Below are positions 35,882-46,800 of a DNA stretch of 64,000 bases, piece by piece. The stretch is from contig VMFP01000003.1 of the NCBI GenBank assembly GCA_007376145.1, positions 28,741 to 92,740 of the forward strand, written 5' to 3'. Positions within the stretch are counted from its first letter, which is position 1, and each line of letters opens with the position of its first letter. The position numbers were made by a program, and so were the translations under genes. This DNA is from Parcubacteria group bacterium Gr01-1014_38. GTDB taxonomy: Bacteria > Patescibacteriota > Andersenbacteria > UBA10190 > CAIZMI01. Under the pieces are notes generated by a model. The model ran no database searches. It was not told the DNA's origin and saw nothing but the letters and a program-made list of their open reading frames with translations.

Positions 35882-37345
35882 TCATCGTGATGGCGGAGGT
35901 GCGAGAAGAGCAGTACCGCTCCAGATGCCGTGGTCTTCCATCGTCAGCATGATGCCCTGGAAAGCCTTGAGCAATCGGTCGAATGCGCTCGACCTCTCGT
36001 CCGCCTGCGCGGTTCGTGGTTGGAGGAAGGCCCAAGGACGTTGTTGCGCTGGTGCGGCGAGACGGTTGAAGGCTTGTTGAGACCCGAGTGTCGGAGCGCG
36101 ACTGTGCATCGCGTCGATCAGCGTGAACATGGCTTCGCGGGATGAGGCGAGGAGGAGAAGATCTCCGACCAGGGCATAGTCCACGGTCTGCGCTGGCGAT
36201 CCGAAGTTGAGGTATCGGACTTTCACGTCCTGGTAGACCGTCTCCGTGAACGGCGTCTCGGGGAACGGCCTCCCGGAGACGTACGGGGCGAACGTGTTCG
36301 CAATCGGCTCGAGCCGTCTCAAGAGCTCCGCGATTCCCTCGGCGGAGAAGAGGGAGAGAACTGCAACGCCGTCGCTGCCCCGAGGTCCGGCAGAGGGGAG
36401 CGTCGCAAACACGACCGTCTCACTGATGCGTTCGCGGAGTCCCTTCACGATGTCCCGTCGTTCGCGGAGTGCGGTGACGAGGGGACGGAGCGAGTCGGGC
36501 ACGTTGTCGCGGTCAACGATGTCCGACACAAAGGAGCCGGGGAGTGGCAGGACGAACATGGCGGATGCGGGGAGGTTCCTCGCGATATCGAACGCTCGAG
36601 GCGGCACGGAGCGTTGCCCGCGGGAATCGCCGTCAAGAGCGATGTGGACATCCGCGGTCGTTGGATCCGTTTCCTTCGGCGTCAGCGCGAGCAGCGCGGG
36701 CCCGATATGCGCCAGACTCTGGAAGAAGAGCGGTTGCAGGAGGGGAGCGGTGTCGAATCGCAGTCCGATTACCACCGGCGCGTTCCCGGCGTCCAGCCGG
36801 AGAGCGCGTGAGCGAATCTTGGGGTCCTTGCCCCACGGACGATCGAATCGCCGGGGAAGCGCCGCCAGCACGTCGTGCGGGGCAATGAGTGTGCCACCCC
36901 GCACGCGCCGTACGCCGAGCGTCGGCGCGGCAGAGAGGTCGACGCGAGAGCGGCCGCGCAGGAGCACGACGGGGCGGGGTGTTGGTGATGCGTCGGTGCG
37001 CACGAGAAGCGCGGTAACGTCGGAAGCGCCGGAAACCATCTCGGGACGGAGGCCATCGATGACACCGAGTACCGCCGAGAGCACCGGACCAGTTCCGGGC
37101 GCTTTGGGGCGGACACTGACGAAGGCGACTGCGTCCGAGGGGATGCTGTCGATCAGCGATCCTCCGCTGCGGAGGAGAACGAACGCTGCGCCACCGCCGA
37201 TGAGGAGTACGACCCCTGCCACGAGAAGGAAAAGACGGCGCGAGCGTCGAAGAAGGCGAGCGGGAACCCTCGGGGGTTTTACCGGTGGTGGAAGCTCGGG
37301 GAATACCCGACGATTCGGCACGTTCGCACCGATCGTGGCTTCCAT
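35882..37345 (-). CDS. Membrane-anchored hypothetical protein (DUF3352-like)
   Basis: Single TM near the N-terminus; IPSDAVAFV and DYALVGDLLLLASSREAM segments. Confidence 0.65.
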   Translation of the reverse strand: MEATIGANVPNRRVFPELPPPVKPPRVPARLLRRSRRLFLLVAGVVLLIGGGAAFVLLRSGGSLIDSIPSDAVAFVSVRPKAPGTGPVLSAVLGVIDGLRPEMVSGASDVTALLVRTDASPTPRPVVLLRGRSRVDLSAAPTLGVRRVRGGTLIAPHDVLAALPRRFDRPWGKDPKIRSRALRLDAGNAPVVIGLRFDTAPLLQPLFFQSLAHIGPALLALTPKETDPTTADVHIALDGDSRGQRSVPPRAFDIARNLPASAMFVLPLPGSFVSDIVDRDNVPDSLRPLVTALRERRDIVKGLRERISETVVFATLPSAGPRGSDGVAVLSLFSAEGIAELLRRLEPIANTFAPYVSGRPFPETPFTETVYQDVKVRYLNFGSPAQTVDYALVGDLLLLASSREAMFTLIDAMHSRAPTLGSQQAFNRLAAPAQQRPWAFLQPRTAQADERSSAFDRLLKAFQGIMLTMEDHGIWSGTALLAPPPSR

Positions 37346-37500
37346 GGGTGGAGAAGTCAGAAGTTCAGCCACAGCACCGTCCAAGTATAGCGTGTGTGAA
37401 GCAGGCGGTGTGGGAAGAGTTCATCCGATTTGGAAGCTTCAGTCACCGACCATGGTATGATGGATTCTGCTCGCCTTAGCCGCTATTCGAACACAAATCC

Positions 37501-39207
37501 GTGCTGCCAGAAAACGTCCTCAACGAGATTCTCGTGACACCCGGATATGTCACCGCAGCGGATTTCGGACACGCTGCCGATTATGCGCGGAAGTATCGTC
37601 TTCCCATCGAAGAGGTCATTGTGAGTCTCGGCATTCTGGAGGAAGCAGCCCTCGGCCAGATCATCGCTGACTACTACCAAGTTCCGTATGTAAATCTGCG
37701 AGGCCGGCAGATGGACAAGACGATCGTCCGCCTTGTTCCCGAAGCGCTCGCCCGCAAGCAGCAGCTCATTTTGTACGACCGTGACGCGGAGCGAGGCTAT
37801 GTGGCCATCCTCAACCCGGCGGACCGAGAGACCGTCAACATTCTCGAGAAGCATTTGGGGTTTCCCATCAAGCCGACGTACGCCTCGCCCAGCGCCATTG
37901 CGGAGGCACTCCGGGTATACCAGAAGGGCCTCCACGAGGAGTTCGAGCTCCTTATCCGCGGGCATGTGTCTGAAGCAGCGGGTCGGAAGCAGGCAGGACG
38001 CACCGGTCTCCTCGCGGCGGAAGAGGTGTCCATTGTCCGCATCGTCGAGACGATCATCAAGTACGCGTACCAGAGTCGCGCGTCTGACATTCATATGGAG
38101 CCAACCGAGCGTGAGGTTGCGGTCCGCTTCCGCATCGATGGCGTTCTCGGTGATGTGGTGGCGATCCCGAAGGACATTTACGAACTCGTCGTGATGCGGG
38201 TCAAAGTGCTCGCCCAGCTCCGGACGGACGAGCACTTGGCAGCGCAGGACGGGAAATTTCGCTTCGATGTCGTCGAGGAGGATCTCGACATCCGGGTGAG
38301 CATTGTTCCGGTGGTCCATGGCGAGAAGATCGTCCTCCGCCTCCTCTCGCAGAAGCTCCGGCGGTTCACCCTCGAAGACCTCGGGATGCAGAAAGACGAC
38401 CTCCAGAAGGTCCGCGTGGGGTTCCTGCGGCCGCACGGGATGATTTTCTCCACGGGACCGACCGGGTGCGGGAAGACGACGACCCTCTACGTGATTTTGA
38501 AGATTCTCAACACGCGCGAAGTCAACATTGCGACCATCGAGGATCCGGTGGAGTACTACATCGAAGGGGTCAACCACATCCAGGTCAATCCGAGAACGAA
38601 CCTGACCTTTGCCACGGGGCTCCGGAGTATCGTCCGTCAGGACCCGGATATTATCATGGTCGGGGAGGTCCGCGATCAGGAAACGGCGAGCATTTCGATC
38701 AACGCCGCGCTCACCGGGCACCTGGTCTTGAGCACCCTCCACACCAACGACGCGCCGACGACGCTCCCCCGCCTCCTCGATATGGGAGTGGAGCCCTTCC
38801 TCCTCGCGAGTTCCGTCAACGTCGTGATCGGCCAGCGCCTCGTGCGCAGGATCTGCCGCGACTGCCTGGTGAGTCGGGAGCTCTCCGATCAGGAACGCGA
38901 CGTTCTTCTCCGGCAGCTCCACGCCACCTCTGCCGTGCGTGCCGAGGTGGAAAGTCGCCCACGGGTCTACGGGGGGCAAGGGTGCGCGCGCTGTAATGGC
39001 CTCGGCTACCTCGGCCGCATCGGCATCTTCGAGGTCATCGCTATTGATGATGAGATTCGTCCGCTCATCATGCGGAAGGCGAGCGCCGCAGAACTTCGAG
39101 AGCGGGCCATCGCTCGCGGGATGACCACGATGCTCGAGGACGGAGTTCGGAAAGTGTTCCAGGGAGTGACCACCCTGGAAGAGCTTCTCCTCGCTGTCCA
39201 GGAGTAA
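37501..39207 (+). CDS. pilB: Type IV pilus assembly ATPase (PilB/GspE)
   Basis: ASDIHME, GPTGCGKTT, TIEDPVE, RQDPDIIMVGE, TGHLVLSTLH, two CxxC. Confidence 0.93.
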   Translation: MLPENVLNEILVTPGYVTAADFGHAADYARKYRLPIEEVIVSLGILEEAALGQIIADYYQVPYVNLRGRQMDKTIVRLVPEALARKQQLILYDRDAERGYVAILNPADRETVNILEKHLGFPIKPTYASPSAIAEALRVYQKGLHEEFELLIRGHVSEAAGRKQAGRTGLLAAEEVSIVRIVETIIKYAYQSRASDIHMEPTEREVAVRFRIDGVLGDVVAIPKDIYELVVMRVKVLAQLRTDEHLAAQDGKFRFDVVEEDLDIRVSIVPVVHGEKIVLRLLSQKLRRFTLEDLGMQKDDLQKVRVGFLRPHGMIFSTGPTGCGKTTTLYVILKILNTREVNIATIEDPVEYYIEGVNHIQVNPRTNLTFATGLRSIVRQDPDIIMVGEVRDQETASISINAALTGHLVLSTLHTNDAPTTLPRLLDMGVEPFLLASSVNVVIGQRLVRRICRDCLVSRELSDQERDVLLRQLHATSAVRAEVESRPRVYGGQGCARCNGLGYLGRIGIFEVIAIDDEIRPLIMRKASAAELRERAIARGMTTMLEDGVRKVFQGVTTLEELLLAVQE

Positions 39208-39220
39208 CGAGAGACCTCGT

Positions 39221-40435
39221 ATGGAGTTTTCCTACACGGCGACGACGGACTCCGGGGAGACGCGGACGGGCACGGTGGAAGCCGGCTCGGCTCGCGAGGT
39301 CGTGAGCGCGCTGAAGACGCAGGGACTCATTGTTCTCTCCATCCGTCCCGAGCGCGAGAGAACGCCCTGGCAGAAGCGGTTCGGGGGATGGTTCGTCCGT
39401 GCCTCGGCGACCGAGCGCGTCCTCCTCGCACGGCATCTCGCGCTCATCCTCCGCGCCGGGCTCCCGATTGACCGAGCCTTCGAAATCCTCCAATCCCAGG
39501 GGCGTAACAAGGGGCTCCGGAGAGTTCTCCACGAAATTCTCATCCGCATTCAGAAGGGGGATTCGCTCGCGGCGGCCCTGGCGCGCTACCCGACGGTCTT
39601 TCCGCCGATCTTCGTGGCCATCGTCCAGTGGGGAGAAATCGGCGGAACGCTCGTCGAGAGTCTCGAGCATCTCGCCGGTCAGCTGGAGAAGGACCACGAC
39701 CTCCGGGTGAAAGTGCGCGGGGCGCTCTTTTATCCGGCGATTGTCATCGGGGCCACCATCGTTCTCGGCGTCATCATGGCGGTGTTCATTCTTCCCCGTC
39801 TGGTCATTCTTTTCGAGTCGTTCCGCGTGGACCTCCCCCTGTCCACTCGAATCTTTCTCGCCGTCGCCCGGTTCTTCCTCCGGCGCGGGGTTCTCCTCAT
39901 CCCCCTCCTCATCGCGCTCCTCGTGGGAGCCTTCGTGGCATTCCGCTCGAAGGCGCTCCGGCCGTTCACGTCTCGGCTCATTCTCCGGATGCCCGTGTTC
40001 GGGTCCCTCATGAAGCAAGTCAACCTCGCCCGGTTCGACCGCATTCTTGGTTCGCTCCTCCGCTCCGGCATCCCCGTCGTTGATGCGCTCGGAATCACGG
40101 CAGAATCCGTGGGGAATTACCAGTACCGGCGGGCTCTCCAGGCAGTTCAGAGCGCCGTCCGAGAGGGCGTTCCCATCGGCCGCGAGATTGAGAAGTACGC
40201 GATCTTCCCAACAATTCAGACGCAGATGGTCACGGTGGGAGAGGCGACCGGCCGCTTAGCGGATGTCCTTCTGTTCCTGGCGGAGTTCACCGAACGCGAC
40301 GTTGATGCGCGGACCAAGACGCTTGCCACCGCCGTGGAACCGCTCCTGCTCATCGTGATCGGGGTGGTCGTTGGTGGGGTGGCCATCGCCATCATCACGC
40401 CCATCTATCAACTCACGGCTTCGTTCTCCAAGTGA
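39221..40435 (+). CDS. pilC: Type IV pilus platform protein (PilC/GspF)
   Basis: Duplicated T2SSF domains; GEIGG, ALFYP, GEATG, EPLL. Confidence 0.92.
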   Translation: MEFSYTATTDSGETRTGTVEAGSAREVVSALKTQGLIVLSIRPERERTPWQKRFGGWFVRASATERVLLARHLALILRAGLPIDRAFEILQSQGRNKGLRRVLHEILIRIQKGDSLAAALARYPTVFPPIFVAIVQWGEIGGTLVESLEHLAGQLEKDHDLRVKVRGALFYPAIVIGATIVLGVIMAVFILPRLVILFESFRVDLPLSTRIFLAVARFFLRRGVLLIPLLIALLVGAFVAFRSKALRPFTSRLILRMPVFGSLMKQVNLARFDRILGSLLRSGIPVVDALGITAESVGNYQYRRALQAVQSAVREGVPIGREIEKYAIFPTIQTQMVTVGEATGRLADVLLFLAEFTERDVDARTKTLATAVEPLLLIVIGVVVGGVAIAIITPIYQLTASFSK

Positions 40436-40959
40436 CCGGGACGTCCAGGATTCCGAAGTTCGTGCCGGTGGGTCGTCGCGCCTCCGGAGGCTTCACCCTC
40501 ATCGAGATGGTCGTCACGCTTGCGATTCTCGTGGCGATGCTCGCGCTCGCCTCGCCTTTCCTCCTCTCGTTCCATACCCGCGGGCTCCTGGACGATGCGG
40601 CAGAGCAGATTTCGCAGGACCTGCGACGGGCGCAATCGTTGGCGATTGCCGGCGAGGGTTCGGATGGGGTGAGCGGGAGAAAGCACGGTGTCTATATCAA
40701 GGACACCAACCTCCCGGGGAACTGGGAGGGCTGGGTTCTGTTCACGGGGGTGTTGTACACGGATGGAGCGGCATCGAACGAAGTGCACGTGCTCCCCACC
40801 ACCGTCGATTTGGTGTCGGCTACCCTGGCGGGGGGCGGTTCAACCATCGTGTTCGCTGAGCGCACAGGACGGACGGCCGATACCGGATCCATCGTCCTCC
40901 GATCGGGCAGCGAGCAGGTCACCCTGACGGTGAACTCCGCCGGTCGGGTCTCACGCTAA
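40432..40959 (+). CDS. Minor pilin (FimT/GspH-like)
   Basis: Class III signal G-FTLIEMVV; QDLRRAQSLA. Confidence 0.85.
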   Translation: MTGTSRIPKFVPVGRRASGGFTLIEMVVTLAILVAMLALASPFLLSFHTRGLLDDAAEQISQDLRRAQSLAIAGEGSDGVSGRKHGVYIKDTNLPGNWEGWVLFTGVLYTDGAASNEVHVLPTTVDLVSATLAGGGSTIVFAERTGRTADTGSIVLRSGSEQVTLTVNSAGRVSR

Positions 40960-40963
40960 GGCG

Positions 40964-43882
40964 ATGCGGACGTCCCCGTCCGGTCAGATTCTCCTCGAAG
41001 CTCTTCTTGGCCTCGGCGTCGTGACGGTACTCGGCGGGTTTGTGACCGTCGCGCTCCTCGAGACGCTCTTGACGGACCGGAGCGGAAAGGAGCGGACGCA
41101 GGCGGCGAGTCTCGCTGCGGAGGGTGTCGAGGCCGCCCGGGCGATCCGCGATCGCGGCTGGCATCTCCTCGCGGACGGCCCGCACGGCATTGCGCGCACG
41201 GCCAGCCCGAATTCCTACGCGTTTCAGGGCGCGCAAGACACGACGGGGATCTACACCCGCGCCGTCACGGTTTCGCCGGTCTACCGCGCGACCACCGGGG
41301 GCATTACGGACGACCGCGCCACAAGCTCTCTCGATCCGGACACGAAGAACGTCCGGTCGAGCGTGCGGTGGAATCGCGGCGGGGGGTTCGTCCTGGACGT
41401 GACGCTCACGACGCTCCTCACGAACAAGCCCGCGCGCACCTGGCTGGAAACGCTCGAGAGCGAATTCCTCCAAGACACTCGGTGGAACACGCAGGTGCAT
41501 CCCGCGCCTCCCCCGCCCTCTGGAAACGGTTCGGTCCGGCTCCAGTCGTTCGGCGGTGCCGGTTTCGGCGGAGCCCCGGTTCTCGAAGGGGAGTACGACT
41601 TCAACGCGAACGGACCGACGGATGGGCGGGACGTCGCGGTCGTGGACGGTCACGCCTTCGTGGCCACCGGATCGAATGCGGGCGGTGCGGCGCTCTACAT
41701 TCTCGACGTCTCGCTTCCCCGAACGCCGAGGCTGGTGGGGAGCGCCGATCCCGGCGGGCGGCTGCTCTCCGTGGCCGTCGCCGGGGAATACGCGTACCTG
41801 GGGACCGATCGGAATCTGGGGGAACTGCGCGTGATTGATATTCGGAACCTCTCCGCTCCCGTGGCGGGAGCGGAAATTAATGTCCCCGGGAATGCGAGCG
41901 GCGCCAGCCTCGCCGTGGATGGCCGCTTCCTGTACCTCGGGACCAGCCGCGGGGACTTCAGCGTCTTTGGCCTCGATACCCCATCCACGCCAGTGCGCCT
42001 GGCGACGCTCTCGCTCCCAGGAACCCCCAGTATTCGGGGAATCGCCACCCGCGGCTCACTCGTCTACCTCGCCACCAGCGCCAACGACGCCGAGGTTCAG
42101 GTACTCGATGTTTCCGCCGTCGGGACTGGGGGGCCGCCACGGGTCGTCGGAACCCTGGATTACCCGGGCAGCGAGGACGCGACGAGCATCGTGGTCTCTG
42201 GCCGAGCAGCGTACGTGACGAATGAGCACCTCGAGCCGTTTCCGGATCATGGAGAACTGTTCATCCTTGACCTGGCGGACCCGCGGAGTCCCACCGTGTC
42301 CGGGACGCTTCTCGTTGATGGCCAAGCGCTTGATGTCGCGGTCCTCGGGTCGTTCGCGTACCTTGCGACCTCGGCGCCCACTGCCGAGTTTCAGCGCGTC
42401 ACGGTGACGAACCCCGCTGCGCCGGTTCTGTCCGGGACGGTCAATCTGGCCGGACCGGCTCGCGCGATCGCCGTTTCCGGACCGTTTCTGCACCTCACGA
42501 CGGACGGCAATACGCAGGAGTACGCGGCGATCGGGAATAACCCGATCAGTCCCGTGGCCCTGGCCGCGAAAGGCACGGTGGATCTTCCCGGATCGGCGGA
42601 CGCCCGGGCGATCGTCCTTCACCACACCACGGCGTTTGTGGGAACGCTCGAAAACCCCGCGGGACCAGAGTTCTGGGCCGCGGATGTCCGGAACGCGTCC
42701 TCGCCCGTCACCATCGGAAGTTTCGAGGTTGGCGCCTCGGTGCGTGCTCTCGCCGTAGACGGCTCGTACGCGTACCTCGCGACCACGAAGGACGACGCCG
42801 AGCTGATCGTCCTGAACGTCTCGAATCAGGCGCTTCCGACCCTTGTTGGAAGTTTCGATCTCCCGGGGCCGCAGGACGGGCGCGGTGTTTCGGTGTACGG
42901 CACCCGCGTCGTCCTCGTGCGGGATGCCGTCCCCAATCAGCCGTGGCTTTCGGTGCTGGACGCGCTCTCGCCGCTTCCGCCCGGTCCCGTGCGCGGGTCG
43001 CTTGCCAGCGCTCTCGGCAGCTTTCTCGGCGGCCGCGGCGTCAGCCTCGGCGGAGCGCACGCCTACGTTCCGGTCCAGAACACGAACGATCCCGATGGGG
43101 AGCTCCAGCGGGTGTCGCTCGTGACCGTGACCGCTCCCCTGACGACCGGCGCCTACAATGCGGCGGGGGCAGGCGAGGGCCGGTCCGTCTTCGCCCAAGG
43201 ACGCTTCTTCTCCCTCGTCACCGACGAGCGCGCCGGCGGGAGCCCGGAGTTCTTCATGGTCACTGCCGGAAGTCCCTCCGAACCCCTCACGCTCGAGACG
43301 CCCACCAGCGCTCTTGACCTTCAGGGAGCCGGTGAGACCCTCCAAGTGTTCGGTCCGGTCGCGTACGTGGGAACGCGCGCGCCCACCAGAGAATTCCAAG
43401 TCCTCGATCTTCAGAATCGGAGTTCGCCGTCGCGGCGGTTGAGCTGGACGGCGGCCGGGGGAGTCTACGGCGTCGCCGTCGCGGACGACTTTCTCTACCT
43501 GGCGACCGGGAATGACGCCGGAGAGTTCGTGATTCTCGAAGGGAAGGACAGCGGGTTCGCCGGCGAAGGCACGATCGAATCCATTCCCTTCGATGCGGGA
43601 TCAGACGCGACGGTGTTCCTCCGCCTCGCGTGGCAGGCGATCGCCAACGGCGGTGTGGTAAAATTCCAGATACGAACCGGGATGACCCAAAGCCAACTCT
43701 TGGCGGCGCCCTACGTCGGTCCGGATGGCACGGCCGCGACGTACTACCAGAGCTCTCCTGCGGCGTTGACGAACCCCGTTGGGCAGCCGCTGGTGGCACG
43801 GTGGTTCCAGTGGAAGGGAACCTTGAACGGGGATGGGTCGGCGAGCCCCGAGCTCCAGGAAGTGGCGGTCGGCTTCCGGTAG
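40964..43882 (+). CDS. Giant pilin-like adhesin with LVIVD beta-propeller repeats (972 aa)
   Basis: G-QILLE prepilin; AAEGVEAARAIR; many VxGxYAYL..LxVxDVSxP repeats. Confidence 0.85.
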   Translation: MRTSPSGQILLEALLGLGVVTVLGGFVTVALLETLLTDRSGKERTQAASLAAEGVEAARAIRDRGWHLLADGPHGIARTASPNSYAFQGAQDTTGIYTRAVTVSPVYRATTGGITDDRATSSLDPDTKNVRSSVRWNRGGGFVLDVTLTTLLTNKPARTWLETLESEFLQDTRWNTQVHPAPPPPSGNGSVRLQSFGGAGFGGAPVLEGEYDFNANGPTDGRDVAVVDGHAFVATGSNAGGAALYILDVSLPRTPRLVGSADPGGRLLSVAVAGEYAYLGTDRNLGELRVIDIRNLSAPVAGAEINVPGNASGASLAVDGRFLYLGTSRGDFSVFGLDTPSTPVRLATLSLPGTPSIRGIATRGSLVYLATSANDAEVQVLDVSAVGTGGPPRVVGTLDYPGSEDATSIVVSGRAAYVTNEHLEPFPDHGELFILDLADPRSPTVSGTLLVDGQALDVAVLGSFAYLATSAPTAEFQRVTVTNPAAPVLSGTVNLAGPARAIAVSGPFLHLTTDGNTQEYAAIGNNPISPVALAAKGTVDLPGSADARAIVLHHTTAFVGTLENPAGPEFWAADVRNASSPVTIGSFEVGASVRALAVDGSYAYLATTKDDAELIVLNVSNQALPTLVGSFDLPGPQDGRGVSVYGTRVVLVRDAVPNQPWLSVLDALSPLPPGPVRGSLASALGSFLGGRGVSLGGAHAYVPVQNTNDPDGELQRVSLVTVTAPLTTGAYNAAGAGEGRSVFAQGRFFSLVTDERAGGSPEFFMVTAGSPSEPLTLETPTSALDLQGAGETLQVFGPVAYVGTRAPTREFQVLDLQNRSSPSRRLSWTAAGGVYGVAVADDFLYLATGNDAGEFVILEGKDSGFAGEGTIESIPFDAGSDATVFLRLAWQAIANGGVVKFQIRTGMTQSQLLAAPYVGPDGTAATYYQSSPAALTNPVGQPLVARWFQWKGTLNGDGSASPELQEVAVGFR

Positions 43883-43892
43883 GGTGGTGAGT

Positions 43893-46800
43893 ATGCGGAC
43901 GAGGCGCTTTCGCGCGCAGGGCCAGGCGCTCCTCGAAGTGCTCGTGAGCCTCGCGGTGGTCTCCATTCTCGGGTTCGCGGTGATCTCGGTCGTGCTCGAT
44001 TCTCTCGCTGCCGGCCGGATCGGTACCGAGCGGGCTGGCGCCCTCGCGTCCGCGGCGGAAGGAATGGAGGCGGCGCGCCAGATCCGTTTCCGCACGTGGC
44101 GGGCGCTCTCCACCGGCTTCCATGGCGTGACCACCGAGACCGCCGGGGACGAAACGCGGTACGCCTTCAGCGGCGCGAATGATACGCGGGGGATGTTCAC
44201 CCGAACGGTGACGGTCGATCAGGCACAGCGTGACGCTCCCGGGAATCTCGTCGACTCCGGAGGAACGACTGATCCCGATACGCGCCGCGTGGCTTCCACC
44301 GTGTCCTGGGGGACGGGGATCACCGCTCGTTCCGTGAACCTGATCAGCTATCTGACCCACTGGAACCGCCGCTCCTGGGTTGAGACGCTCAAGAGCGAAT
44401 TCAATCAAGGGGTCCTCACGGATACGGAAGCGCTCGACGCGCCTCCACCGCCGACCGGGAATGGTTCAGTTCGCCTGCGCCGGATCGTCTCCGGTTCCTC
44501 GTCCTTGAATGTCAAGGGGGCCTACAACTTTAACGCGACGGGCCCGTCCGACGGGCGCGACGTCGCCGTGTCGGGAGGGTACGCCTACCTCGTGACCGCC
44601 CTTGGAGTGGGGATCTCTCGCCTCTACGTGATTGACGTCTCGACCGCCAGCACGCCGGTCTGGAAGAACCCTGACGGTGGCGGGCTCAATACGGGGGCAA
44701 AGAACTACGCCGTTGCGGTCTCGGGGAATTACGCCTACGTGGCGACCGATGACAACAACGGCGAACTGAAAGTCATCAACGTGGCGAATCCCAGTTCCCC
44801 CGCGCTCCTTCCTCTCTGTGCGGATTGCAATCTCCCCGGGAACGCGGACGCGTTGAGCGTGGCGGTGGACGGTTCTCGCCTCTACGTGGGCACGGCCGCG
44901 AACACCACCCAGTTCTACGTCTTCGATGTGAGCCAGCCAGCCACGCCTGTGCGCCGCGGCAGCCTCTCGGTCCACGCACCCGCGCCGGATGTTCGCGGGA
45001 TCTCGCCTGCCGGCAATTACGTCTACCTCGCCACCACCGCGGATGCGGCGGAGGTGGTCGTCGTGAATGTCACGATCCCCAGCAGTCCCTCCGTCGCCGG
45101 CACGGAAAACCTCGACGGAGCGAGCGATGCGACGAGCCTCGTCGTCACCGCCAACCGCGCGTACGTGACCCGCCTCGGGGACGTGCAGTTTGTCGTCTTA
45201 AACCTGTCCAACCCCATTGATCCGAGTCCCCTCGGCTCCGTCTCGCTCGGCGCGCCGGCGACGGACCTCGCCGTGTCCGGCACGTACGCCTACGTCTCGA
45301 CCGAAGGGTCCGAGCGAGAGTTCATCCGCGTCAATGTGTCGGACCCGGGCATCCCGGCCCTTGACGGCCTCGTCAACCTCCGCGACAACTCGCCCGCGCG
45401 CGGGGTTGCGTTCACCGGTTCCTGCGCCTACGTGGCCACCAATGGGAACGATCAAGAACTCGCCATTATCTGCGGCGTCGGGGCCACCGATCCCCTCACC
45501 GTCCTCTCGTGGTTCGACACGCCCGTGGGCTCCACCAATGCACCCTCGGTGGCGCTTCAGGGGACCGTTGCCTACCTTGGGACCGGGGACGCATTCTACG
45601 CCTTCGATGTGAGCCAGCCAGCCACGCCCGCGCTTCTCGGGAGATTGAGTCTGCCGGGTCTGCCGGCAGCTGGCGTGCACGATATCGCGGTGAGCGGGTC
45701 CTACGCCTACCTCGCGACGTCGAGTCTCACCGAGTCGCTCGTCATCGTTGACGTCTCGAATCCCGCGAGTCTTGTTCGCAGAGGGTCGTACAACGCGGGG
45801 AAAGGCGGGCTCTCCGTCGCCGTCTATGGACCCGATCTCGTCTTCCTCGGGACGGACGCGGAGGGGGGGGGAGGGTTGTTCGTCGTCTTGAACGTCTCGA
45901 ACCCCGCGACGCCGTCCTTCGTGGGGCAGGCGACGATCAACGCGTCCATCACGGATATCGCGGCGGCGGAGAGCAACGCGGCGTACGTCACGCTCAATCG
46001 GGATCTGCCCCCCTGCGGTCCTCCTCCGGTCGGTGCCGCGCCGGGAGGGTTTCGATCCTTCGTCCGGCGATGGGTCTTCCCCGTGGCCTACGCCGTTCCG
46101 TGCTTGGGTCGGGCGCCGTCATCTTCTGCGCTCGCAAGACTCGGAGAGTTCTTCCGCCGCATCTTCGCGGTGCGCACCGCGTATGCGTTCCACGACACGG
46201 CGGAGATTCAGCGGGTCGACGTCTTGAATCCCGCGAGCCCGGCCTTCGGCGCCTTGTTCAACGAAGCCGGAAATGATAACGGCAGCGGCGTCGTCGTTTC
46301 CGGACCCTCCATTTACCTTGTCACGATGGATAAATTTGGGGAGGTACCGGAGTTCTATATTCTGAACTACGTCGCGGGCCCTCCCGACGCGCTCCAGCTC
46401 GAGAATGCCGGGAGCGCCCTCGACATCGGCACGCAGGTGCGAGGATTGGCCCAGCACGATGATCTTGCCTACCTCGCGGTGGACGTAGAAGGGCCCGGGG
46501 GGTTCCAGGTCGTGGATGTCACGAACCACGCCTCGCCCGTTCTGCGCAACACCCTCGATCTCGGAAATGTGGGGTCGCATTCCGTCGCGGTGTCCGGCAC
46601 GTACGGCTACCTGGCCGCGCACGATCCGCGGGAATTCATCATCGTAAAGAACATTGACTCCATCGGCTACGTCGCCCAAGGCACGTTCGCCTCGATTCCC
46701 TTCGACGCGGAGACGATCCGCGGGTGGGAGCGGATCGGGTGGACCGCCGATCTGAACGGAGGCACCGTCAGGTTCCAGGTGCGCTGGGCGGACCCAGTTC

